A DNA stretch of 29,129 nucleotides, taken from NCBI GenBank assembly GCA_023247345.1, contig JAHFGR010000003.1, positions 1 through 29,129 of the forward strand. The letters run 5' to 3'. The position numbers were made by a program, and so were the translations under genes. Below, piece by piece: positions 1 through 7,373 of this stretch. This stretch comes from Candidatus Micrarchaeota archaeon. Lineage in GTDB: Archaea; Micrarchaeota; Micrarchaeia; Anstonellales; Bilamarchaeaceae. A model generated the notes under the pieces. That model was not told the origin of the DNA and searched no databases. It saw only the letters and a program-made list of their open reading frames with translations. Numbering within the stretch: position 1 is the first letter of the stretch; every line of letters begins with the position of its first letter.

Positions 1-123
1 GTAAAAATTGTTGTTCATGATCTGCCAGAAAATAGCCATGTAGATGGTCTTTTAGGTTTAAGCTTTTTGAATAGTTTTAAGTTAATCATCGATTTTAGGA
101 ATGGATATTTGGAGATTGAGTAG
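1..123 (+). CDS. 3' end of a clan AA (retropepsin-like) aspartic protease, truncated by the window edge
   Basis: Frame 1 reads VKIVVHDLPENSHVDGLLGLSFLNSFKLIIDFRNGYLEIE* (TAG 121-123). DGLLGLSFL..F...IDF is the typical C-terminal motif of retropepsin-like proteases. The catalytic DTG lies outside the window. Not in the ORF track. Confidence 0.7.
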   Translation, partial: VKIVVHDLPENSHVDGLLGLSFLNSFKLIIDFRNGYLEIE

Positions 124-168
124 TTTGGAAGAAGGAACCTAATATTCTAAATTTTTATAATAATACTC

Positions 169-176
169 TTTATAAA
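169..176 (+). promoter_or_regulatory. Candidate TATA box (TTTATAAA) for a probably leaderless aIF-2beta transcript
   Basis: TTTATAAA ends 24 nt before ATG 201; no SD motif precedes the ATG. Confidence 0.45.
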
Positions 177-200
177 TCTCTCGATACTAATTCTATCTCT

Positions 201-614
201 ATGTCAGAAAAAACTTACGAGCAGCTTTTGGAGAGTGCATATGCAACTATCCCGGAAAAAGTTAGCGGGAGTGGCGAGCGTTTTGAAATTCCAAAATTTG
301 ACTACTTTACTGAAGGTACAAAGACAATAATAAAAAACTTTTCTGTTGTGTGCGAAAAAATTAGAAGAGATAAATCCATACTTATGAAATTTCTATCAAA
401 AGAACTTGCAGTACCCTTAGAAGAACAGGGCGAGCGATTGATCTTGCAAAGGAAGATAACAGGAGATATTATAAACAAAAAGCTTGAAGAGTTTGTAAAC
501 AGATTTGTAATTTGTAAAGAATGCAAAAAGCCAGATACGCACATTCAAGAACTTGGCCATGGCATGAAACAATTAATATGCGAGGCTTGTGGTGCGAGGA
601 ATGCGATAAGATAA
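201..614 (+). CDS. eif2b: Translation initiation factor 2 subunit beta (aIF-2beta)
   Basis: 137 aa; N-terminal YEQLLESAY..IP, ERFEIP, and C-terminal zinc ribbon CKECKKPDT...CEACGA. Confidence 0.96.
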   Translation: MSEKTYEQLLESAYATIPEKVSGSGERFEIPKFDYFTEGTKTIIKNFSVVCEKIRRDKSILMKFLSKELAVPLEEQGERLILQRKITGDIINKKLEEFVNRFVICKECKKPDTHIQELGHGMKQLICEACGARNAIR

Positions 615-635
615 TAAAAAGGAGAACACGATACG

Positions 636-935
636 ATGGAAACTAATCCGCAAAATCCAGAAGAACCGCAACGAAGAGTGCGCTTTCCAAGAGAAGGCGA
701 GGTTTTAGGCATTGTACTAGGTATGATGGGCGGTTCACGAATGAAGGTAACCTGTAAGGATGGCAAAGAAAGAATGTGCCGTATCCCAGGAAGAATGAAG
801 AATACGATCTGGGTAAAAGAAGGAGATGTTGTGCTAATCAGACCTTACGATATCCAAGGAGATAAAAAAGCTGATATCGTCTATAGATATAATCCAATTC
901 AAGCTCGAATTCTGAAAGAAAAGGGTTTTATTTAG
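636..935 (+). CDS. eif1a: Translation initiation factor 1A (aIF-1A)
   Basis: OB-fold motifs RVRFP.EGEVLG..LGMMGGSRM.V.C.DG.ER.CRIPGRMK..IWVKEGDVV; GGAG upstream of the start. Confidence 0.97.
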   Translation: METNPQNPEEPQRRVRFPREGEVLGIVLGMMGGSRMKVTCKDGKERMCRIPGRMKNTIWVKEGDVVLIRPYDIQGDKKADIVYRYNPIQARILKEKGFI

Positions 936-953
936 TCGATCTACTATTAATCT

Positions 954-1676
954 ATGACAAAAAAACGACTTCGCGAAAACTACATGCTAAAAGAACAGCG
1001 AAAGGTAGAAAGCGAGGTATTTGATAAAGAAACACTAAAAAGCTTAGCGAAGCTTATAAAAAAAGGTATTATCGCCAGCGTTGATTTTCCGATTTCAACT
1101 GGTAAAGAAGCAAATGTTTTTAGTGCAACAACGCCTAGCAGTGAGCACGTTGCCATAAAAATTTACAAAATCGAGACTACTCCTTTTTTTCGCAGAGAGG
1201 AATACCTAGAAGGCGATCCGCGCTTTACAAAAATAAAAAAGAACAATAAGGACGTTATAATTGCATTTGCTAGGAAGGAATATAAAAATTTACAAATTTG
1301 CGAGCAAGCAGGAGTTCATGCGCCAAAACCATTCTATTGTGAGCGAAATATACTGGTCATGAGTTTAATAGGTGACCAAGGTTTGCCTTATCCAACAATG
1401 AACGTGCAAGGCCCGAGAAATGCAGATGATCTCGAGATACTTCTTCAGGATATTAAAAAAATGTATAAAGCAGGGTTAGTACATGCGGATCTAAGCGAAT
1501 ATAATATAATCCTAGGTGAAATTCTTTATATAATCGATTTTGGCCAAGGTGTTGTTATAAAACATCCGAATGCAGAGCGCTTTTTAGAGAGAGATGTCAA
1601 AAATATTTTGAATTATTTCGCAAAATTCGGCTATAAAAAAGATTTTGAGGAAACGATGAAATGGACGCGATCCTGA
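954..1676 (+). CDS. rio1: RIO1-family atypical Ser/Thr kinase
   Basis: STGKEANVF P-loop, AIKIY, VHADLSEYNI catalytic loop, IIDFGQ; no N-terminal winged helix (so not Rio2); follows aIF-1A as is common in archaea. Confidence 0.95.
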   Translation: MTKKRLRENYMLKEQRKVESEVFDKETLKSLAKLIKKGIIASVDFPISTGKEANVFSATTPSSEHVAIKIYKIETTPFFRREEYLEGDPRFTKIKKNNKDVIIAFARKEYKNLQICEQAGVHAPKPFYCERNILVMSLIGDQGLPYPTMNVQGPRNADDLEILLQDIKKMYKAGLVHADLSEYNIILGEILYIIDFGQGVVIKHPNAERFLERDVKNILNYFAKFGYKKDFEETMKWTRS

Positions 1677-1740
1677 TCACAATATTTTAAAATTAAGTCT
1701 ATGTTATTTATGTAGTTTTTTGACTGAAGGTGTTTTATCT

Positions 1741-2241
1741 ATGGTTACAACAATCGAGCAATATCCTTTGCACAGAAATAAAATCATGAAAAAATTCTTA
1801 GGTTCAATGTTAAGCTGGATAATCTTTTCAATGCTCATTTGCGTTGTCCTTGCACTCATGTTTCAATTTCAGTTTGTTTCAGTAGTTCTGCTTTTCTTTG
1901 GTTTATTGATATTATTCGCTGCGTGGCAGTGGTTTTATGAAAACAAATATTTTGATGCTTATTTTTATAATGTTGATAATGACTTCTTAATAATAAAGAA
2001 AGGTTGGATAACGCCGCGCGAAATAGTTCTTCCTTACGAAAAACTTCAAGATGTTTATATGGACCAAGACATATTGGATAGGATTTTTGGTTTATGGGAC
2101 GTGCACGTATCAACAGCAACAATGATGTCCGGTGCGTCTGCGCATATAGATGGTGTAAATGGTGAAAACGCAAACAAAATAAGAAATTTATTGCTTGAAA
2201 AAGTTCGCGGCAAACAGAAAAGGGTAACTGGCTATGATTGA
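1741..2241 (+). CDS. Membrane protein with one bacterial PH (bPH_2) domain, YdbS-like
   Basis: Two TM helices, then Y.....FLIIKKGWITPREIVLPYEKLQDV...QDILDRIFGL. ATG 1741 is preferred over the track's TTG 1720 because it aligns with the matching module of the downstream paralog. Confidence 0.85.
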   Translation: MVTTIEQYPLHRNKIMKKFLGSMLSWIIFSMLICVVLALMFQFQFVSVVLLFFGLLILFAAWQWFYENKYFDAYFYNVDNDFLIIKKGWITPREIVLPYEKLQDVYMDQDILDRIFGLWDVHVSTATMMSGASAHIDGVNGENANKIRNLLLEKVRGKQKRVTGYD

Positions 2242-3724
2242 TCAAACGGTGTCTACTGCTTTCAGACCTTCAAAGAAATACATCTTTGTTCAAGGTTTTA
2301 TAGTTTCGCTTATAATTCTTATTTACTTCGGAGATATTATCCTTAGCTCTCCTATATTAATTATTTTTGTAATAGGAATCGGACTAATTAGCTCGTTAGT
2401 AACCTATTATACCAGTCATTATGAGGTTCGCGATAATGGTGTATTCATAAAAAAAGGCCTAATAATGCGTAACCAATCCTTATTTCTTTTTAATCAGATA
2501 CAGGATGTAGAAGAGTATCGTGGTTTCTGGGATCGTATATTTGGCCTTGGAAACTTAAGAATTGTTACCATGAGCGGTTCATCTATGTTAAAAGGAGTAG
2601 TTAGTGGCCTAGAAGACGAAGATGCCAAAAAATTTAGGAGTATGGTTATCGGAAACATAAACCAATCTGCAGCAAAATCCTTACCTGAATCAGTTGCGCA
2701 AGCAGGTGCTAGCATTCGAGACGTTCGCGTTTCTCCATACAAAATACAAGTTGAAAAAGGTGTGATGTCTTCGATGATCGTGTTTATCCTGCTTTCTTTT
2801 TTTGTGTTTATCTTGCTTTTGGTATTTTCCGGATTTCAGAATATTGGTATCTATATACTAGGCATCATACTCTTCAATCTGTTCTTTTTGTTTATTAGTT
2901 ATATCTCTATTAAGCCATACGATTATTCAGTGGGCAAAGACTGGTTACAATTACGTTATAAATTTTTAGCAGAACAAGTTTCAAATTATCGTTTTGACAG
3001 AATCCAGAATGTTGTAATAAGACAGTCATGGACGCAAAAACTTACTGGTGTTGTATCATTGCTCGTTGAGACGGGTGAAGGCAATGTTTATAACTCAGGA
3101 GCGCGTGGCAGTGCTGCTAGAATTGCAACTTCTATTCCTGCCTTGACTCTGGAAGATGCATATGCTCTGAAGAACGACATATTGAAAAGCATGGGAGTGC
3201 TGGCAAACATATCCACGCAAGAAAAACTTGTTAATTTACGTGACTCGTTTCCGCTAGATAGTCAAAAGTCATTAAAGAAAACCATTTCTTTTATGTTCTA
3301 TTTCACATTCTTTGGTTTAATTGTAGCTTTTTTAGCATTCAACTTCGGTCCAACAGGTCTAAAATCTTACGGATTGACTGGTATACTGATAATCTCTACA
3401 ATTGTATTTTTTATTGCTTTTTTTATAAAATATCTCTACGAGGTTTCTTATTTCAAAAACTACTCATATAAGACGACACAATCTTTTCTTACAATAAAAA
3501 AAGGCGTTCTTGGTTACACCGAGGTTTTTCTTCCCTACTCTCGCGTGCAAAATGTCTTTCTAGACATGGATATTTTTGATCGCATTTTTACTCTGCGAGA
3601 TGTCCATTTATCTACAATCGGGTATACTTCCGTGCTACGTGCACATATTGATGGTATTAGCCCTGATAATGCGGAAAAATTAAAGAACACTCTTTTGGAT
3701 TATTATAAGAAAAATAAAAAATAA
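2234..3724 (+). CDS. Membrane protein with three bPH_2 modules, YdbT-like
   Basis: Three repeats of 2 TM + (Y...V.IKKG...F..IQ.V......DRIFGL)-type domains; start overlaps the upstream stop, suggesting coupling. Confidence 0.85.
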   Translation: MIDQTVSTAFRPSKKYIFVQGFIVSLIILIYFGDIILSSPILIIFVIGIGLISSLVTYYTSHYEVRDNGVFIKKGLIMRNQSLFLFNQIQDVEEYRGFWDRIFGLGNLRIVTMSGSSMLKGVVSGLEDEDAKKFRSMVIGNINQSAAKSLPESVAQAGASIRDVRVSPYKIQVEKGVMSSMIVFILLSFFVFILLLVFSGFQNIGIYILGIILFNLFFLFISYISIKPYDYSVGKDWLQLRYKFLAEQVSNYRFDRIQNVVIRQSWTQKLTGVVSLLVETGEGNVYNSGARGSAARIATSIPALTLEDAYALKNDILKSMGVLANISTQEKLVNLRDSFPLDSQKSLKKTISFMFYFTFFGLIVAFLAFNFGPTGLKSYGLTGILIISTIVFFIAFFIKYLYEVSYFKNYSYKTTQSFLTIKKGVLGYTEVFLPYSRVQNVFLDMDIFDRIFTLRDVHLSTIGYTSVLRAHIDGISPDNAEKLKNTLLDYYKKNKK

Positions 3725-3822
3725 TTTTATAAAGAAATTAATTTTACTACTGCGAAATCGAGATACTAATTTATTTTTTTGAAATGCGGAAGAAATTAAA
3801 ACGTATTCCGTGCAAGTAACTC

Positions 3823-4905
3823 ATGTCAAGAGTTACAATACCGTTTGTTTTCGCTATTTTCGCAGCTTTTTTGCTTTCGATCGTTAGTGCTGATGTCGCT
3901 TTGCCTCCTTGGAGCTGGGATCAATACATTGGCAGCACTCAGTGGCGTACCAGTGTTTCTGAAGACGACAGTGGTTGTAACGGGGGAGTCATAACCACTA
4001 CTCAAAGCGTAATTGTAGACTTCAATAAGGGGCATGCTCAGATTGGAGACTGGGGCCATGGAGTGTTCAGTGGATTACTCCAGAACGGCAATACACTTCA
4101 TATACCAGGCCAAACTATTTCAGACGGCTCGGGGAACTCAAGAATATACCCGTACGACGTTATTTTCACTTCGGATTGCTTAACATTCACTACAACATAT
4201 CGCTGGGATTATAGCGATGCTTACCAATTATGTAGCGGTTCTACTACGTTAAACGGAAGAATTGTCAACGGATGCCCGGCACCGACCAACACTGTTCCGA
4301 TCATTAGCACACAGGAACAAACAACTGAAGAGAAAGTTGCCGATGCGCGCAGCGATCTGAACCAGGATCTGGATTTGTACAAAGAGATTACTATTTCGAA
4401 ATTGGTTTATTATTTATTGATACATGATCAAAGTACGAAAGATTTTCAGAAGAAGCAGGACGATATCAAAGCAGTTATCAAAGAGAAACAAGATAAGATC
4501 AACGAACTCGAACCTAAAATCGAGGCAAAATACAAAGCTATATTAGACAAGGATCCTAACAATTTCGAGGCAAACCTAGATATGGCCGAGCTAAAGAGAA
4601 GCCAGGGGTTGCCCCATGAATATTATGAATATATGGATAGGGCATTAAGTAGCGGGCGCGTAACAGAAAGCATGAAAGAAGCGGTGGAGAAGAATATTGC
4701 CAAAGAGTTGGGTTTCTCGAAATTTCCAAAACCGCAGAACAGCCTGTTAATGAAAAGATTGAGCAATGAAGGAGCCAACTGGCAAGGAACTATATATGGT
4801 AAGGACGTCCAGGAAGAATCTGCTGATAAGTCCACATGGCGTTTTAGACTTTTTACAATATTTGCTCCTGAAAACAAGGTTGTAAATGACGTTGTCTTTA
4901 AATGA
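3823..4905 (+). CDS. Secreted hypothetical protein: Cys-containing beta-rich N-domain, coiled coil, TPR-like helices
   Basis: N-terminal hydrophobic signal (IPFVFAIFAAFLLSIVSA); YKAILDKDPNNFEANLDMAEL....G..HEYYEYMDRAL resembles a TPR. Confidence 0.7.
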   Translation: MSRVTIPFVFAIFAAFLLSIVSADVALPPWSWDQYIGSTQWRTSVSEDDSGCNGGVITTTQSVIVDFNKGHAQIGDWGHGVFSGLLQNGNTLHIPGQTISDGSGNSRIYPYDVIFTSDCLTFTTTYRWDYSDAYQLCSGSTTLNGRIVNGCPAPTNTVPIISTQEQTTEEKVADARSDLNQDLDLYKEITISKLVYYLLIHDQSTKDFQKKQDDIKAVIKEKQDKINELEPKIEAKYKAILDKDPNNFEANLDMAELKRSQGLPHEYYEYMDRALSSGRVTESMKEAVEKNIAKELGFSKFPKPQNSLLMKRLSNEGANWQGTIYGKDVQEESADKSTWRFRLFTIFAPENKVVNDVVFK

Positions 4906-4915
4906 GGTCTTAACA

Positions 4916-5386
4916 ATGAAAGAACAAAAATTCAAAAAATCAGGCGCTGATTTAATTATATTCGTGCTTGTGTTACTGTTATTTGTATTTATTTCGGGGT
5001 GCGCTTCACAACCTCAACCTATCCCCAGTCCAGAAAATAAATCCCAAAACACAATTCCATCACTCCGTCCGCCAGCGACAACATGCAATGATAAAGATTG
5101 TTTCATTTCTGCTGCTGATAAATGCGAGGATACGAATATAACGACGAATGAAGATATTGGGGTCATTGAATACTCTTCGAAAGACTGCGTTTTTACAAAG
5201 ACACTGGTAACACTGAATGAGAATGAAACCCAGGAGATGAAGAAACTTCTTGAAGGCAAGAGCATGAAATGCGTATATGAAAAGGGAAAATTTGATTCCA
5301 GATTAGTAACGTCTTTGATATATGGGACTGAATATTGCCTAGGCGACCTGAAAGATAATCTTGGTCAGCTGATATTGTTCTCTTGA
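4916..5386 (+). CDS. Putative lipoprotein with a Cys-rich domain
   Basis: ATG 4916 follows GAGGT at 4904-4908 (track start 4886 less likely). Basic N-terminus, hydrophobic stretch and lipobox-like ISGC, Pro-rich linker, six further Cys. Confidence 0.7.
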   Translation: MKEQKFKKSGADLIIFVLVLLLFVFISGCASQPQPIPSPENKSQNTIPSLRPPATTCNDKDCFISAADKCEDTNITTNEDIGVIEYSSKDCVFTKTLVTLNENETQEMKKLLEGKSMKCVYEKGKFDSRLVTSLIYGTEYCLGDLKDNLGQLILFS

Positions 5387-5416
5387 TATTTTTTAAACTT
5401 GATCTTGATAAAAAAT

Positions 5417-5431
5417 AAACGCTCCTGCCGA
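5417..5431 (-). repeat. Duplicated tRNA-Glu 3' end (att-like direct repeat, distal copy)
   Basis: AAACGCTCCTGCCGA at 5417-5431 is identical to 7018-7032. On the minus strand it is tRNA positions 62-73 (TCGGCAGGAGCG) plus TTT. Confidence 0.75.
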
Positions 5432-5523
5432 ACAGCCAACTTCAGATTAGATGCTTCGTCCAATCATACAATATCATGCATAAATGAATAAGTCCAGTTG
5501 ACCTAAGATGGTCGTTTAACAAA

Positions 5524-6903
5524 TCAGAACAGTTTCTCAATTGCTTTCAAATCAAACAATAGCAGAGTAGGGTCTTTCAGATCCTGTTTGAAGCTCTTGG
5601 CAAAAAATGCATAGTGGATTTGATACTTATCAAACAAAGGCAGGGAATTTACCTTTTCTTGAGTATCTGTCAATAGCTGCTTAGCCGAAACGTTGTTTTC
5701 CCATTTGCATTCAACGACCAGCAGTTTTTTCTCTTTTATATTAACCGCAACTCTATCTATCTCAATTGGAGTTCCATCCCTGGATTTATCCCAAAAATTT
5801 GCAATTCTTTCAAAATTGAACGGCAATTTATTTGAATTGTTCATTTTAATCAAAATTTCTTCAATAACCTGCTCGAATTTCTTTCCTACAAAGGCATTGA
5901 GCAATATCTTATCAGCCACTTTCTCGTTGTTTCCCATCTCTAAATCCGAAAGGTTAGGATTGACAAACTTAAACCAGAAATCAAAATAGTTATCCTTGAT
6001 AGAGTAGCGGGCCTTTTTCTTGTTTTTTTCATAGAACAGGGGGTAATTCTTTGAAACATACTGGAGGCGGATTAAGGTATTAAGATATTTATTGAGATTT
6101 CTTGGATCAACACCTATTGAATCACTTAATTCCTTTACAGTAGTTTTTCCTGCTGCCAAAGCTTCAAATATGGCAAAATAAACTTTGACATCATTGAATT
6201 CCTGGTTAAGAACAAATTTAGGTTCCTCATATAAAATGTACCCTTTGGAAAGAATTTTTTGCTTTACATTTTCCATTACAGATTGTTTATCATTGAATTC
6301 CTGCAGATAAAGAGGAATCCCCCCACCCACTGAATATGCTTCTATTTGCTTTTCTAAATCATATCCAGGAAAGAACAACCTGGCATGATGGAAAGAAAGA
6401 GGATTAAGCTGCCATTGCCCGGTCCGCCTTCCGTATAAAGGACTTTTATATGATAGTACCCGATCTTCCATCATTGAAATGCTTGAGCCGCATAAAATAA
6501 GGCAAATATTGGAATTTTTAAGTACCTCATCGGTAATTGTCTGGAACTTGGAGGGTATGGATGGGTCATCTTGTATGAGATACGGAAATTCATCAATAGT
6601 AATAATCCATTTTTTTCCCTGTTTTTTAAGGTATTCGAAGGTTTCTTTCCATCCTTTGAAGGAAATTCCTTCCTGGCCTAAAGCTTCTGCAATTCGTGCT
6701 GAAAACTTTTCAAAATTGTGATCAACATTTCCTCTTTCTGCAAGGAAATAAACTGAATTCTTCCGTTGGCTAAATTCCTTTATGAGTTCTGTTTTTCCTA
6801 CGCGTCTCCTTCCGTACAAAACAATCAACTGGAACTTAGGCTCTTTGTAGCGGTCTTCCAGAAACTTAAGCTCCTCTTGACGATCGATAAAAATCATAAT
6901 CAT
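5524..6903 (-). CDS. Archaeal ATPase (ATPase_2-type P-loop) with winged helix and C-terminal DUF234 (PD-(D/E)XK-like) domain
   Basis: FIDRQEEL, Walker A YGRRRVGKT, Walker B IDEFPYL, LCGSS, YGRRTG, C-terminal EIDRVA....LLVVECKW. Alternative start 6897. Confidence 0.9.
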   Translation of the reverse strand: MIMIFIDRQEELKFLEDRYKEPKFQLIVLYGRRRVGKTELIKEFSQRKNSVYFLAERGNVDHNFEKFSARIAEALGQEGISFKGWKETFEYLKKQGKKWIITIDEFPYLIQDDPSIPSKFQTITDEVLKNSNICLILCGSSISMMEDRVLSYKSPLYGRRTGQWQLNPLSFHHARLFFPGYDLEKQIEAYSVGGGIPLYLQEFNDKQSVMENVKQKILSKGYILYEEPKFVLNQEFNDVKVYFAIFEALAAGKTTVKELSDSIGVDPRNLNKYLNTLIRLQYVSKNYPLFYEKNKKKARYSIKDNYFDFWFKFVNPNLSDLEMGNNEKVADKILLNAFVGKKFEQVIEEILIKMNNSNKLPFNFERIANFWDKSRDGTPIEIDRVAVNIKEKKLLVVECKWENNVSAKQLLTDTQEKVNSLPLFDKYQIHYAFFAKSFKQDLKDPTLLLFDLKAIEKLF

Positions 6904-7034
6904 ATTATGATATGATCAATTTATAAAACTTATTAAAATATTAATCTCATCTTTTTATGTCTATTTTATTAATCATATTTAAATATGACATAAACAAATA
7001 TGATAAAATAAGAAGTAAAACGCTCCTGCCGAGA

Positions 7035-7091
7035 TCTGCCTTTTAGGAAAAGGCAGCCCAAAACTGCGCCTTTAAATTTTTCTCCTAAAAA
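7035..7091 (-). other. tRNA intron 3, 57 nt, T-loop position 59/60
   Basis: Bulges AA^T and GA^T; 11-bp outer helix TTTTAGGAGAA/TTTTCCTAAAA with one G-U; central helix TTCA/GGCA has two mismatches. The boundary is ambiguous by 1-2 nt (repeated AT); BHB geometry favours 59/60. Confidence 0.8.
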
Positions 7092-7112
7092 TTTGAACTC
7101 GGGTATTCAGAG

Positions 7113-7172
7113 TTCCCTTAAACTTTTTTAGCGAACCAGTTTTTTGTCAACTTTTTTCCCTAAAAAAGTTGA
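7113..7172 (-). other. tRNA intron 2, 60 nt, canonical position 37/38
   Basis: Central helix CTCT(32-35)/AGGG, bulges CA^T and AA^C; AACTTTTTTAG can pair with CTAAAAAAGTT as the intron stem. Confidence 0.88.
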
Positions 7173-7189
7173 TGAGAGTCTGACATCCT

Positions 7190-7201
7190 ATCGGTATAAT
7201 T
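7190..7201 (-). other. tRNA intron 1, 12 nt, D-loop position 20b/21
   Basis: AATTATACCGAT. Central helix CGGT/ACCG, 3-nt bulges CA^A and AT^A, exon helix CC/GG; the intron-side outer helix is minimal (relaxed BHB). Confidence 0.85.
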
Positions 7202-7247
7202 TGACCGGGCTAGATTACAGGAGCACTGTAATATACTTATATATTCT

Positions 7248-7256
7248 CTTTATAAG
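7248..7256 (-). promoter_or_regulatory. Candidate TATA box for tRNA-Glu
   Basis: Minus-strand CTTATAAAG, ending 23 nt before the mature 5' G at 7224. Confidence 0.45.
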
Positions 7257-7283
7257 ATATTTCGTCGCTTCACCAATGATCTC
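7254..7283 (-). pseudogene. Possible remnant of a DUF86/HEPN gene
   Basis: Minus strand reads EIIGEATKYL, like EIIGEASKKI in the HEPN at 13262. An in-frame stop lies 6 codons upstream; only 10 codons match. Confidence 0.3.
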
Positions 7284-7373
7284 CATAGTGACGTCGTCTT
7301 ATATAATCTTAGGCTCCGTCGGCAGTTCTATGCTTTTCACATATCTTAAAAGTTTTATTAGTTTAATAGAACT

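Larger units (their letters stand above)
7021..7224 (-). tRNA. tRNA-Glu (anticodon CTC) with three introns; CCA not encoded
   Basis: Exons 7224-7202, 7189-7173, 7112-7092 and 7034-7021 join to 75 nt: GCTCCTGTAATCTAGCCCGGTCA|AGGATGTCAGACTCTCA|CTCTGAATACCCGAGTTCAAA|TCTCGGCAGGAGCG. Stems pair: acceptor GCTCCTG/CAGGAGC, D ATCT/GGAT, anticodon TCAGA/TCTGA, T CCGAG/CTCGG. Anticodon at 7176-7174. A T-run follows the 3' end. Confidence 0.93.

Noticed and set aside
5432-7020. Active integrative element or IS
   Set aside because: No integrase, transposase or terminal inverted repeats were found; kept only as a candidate islet.
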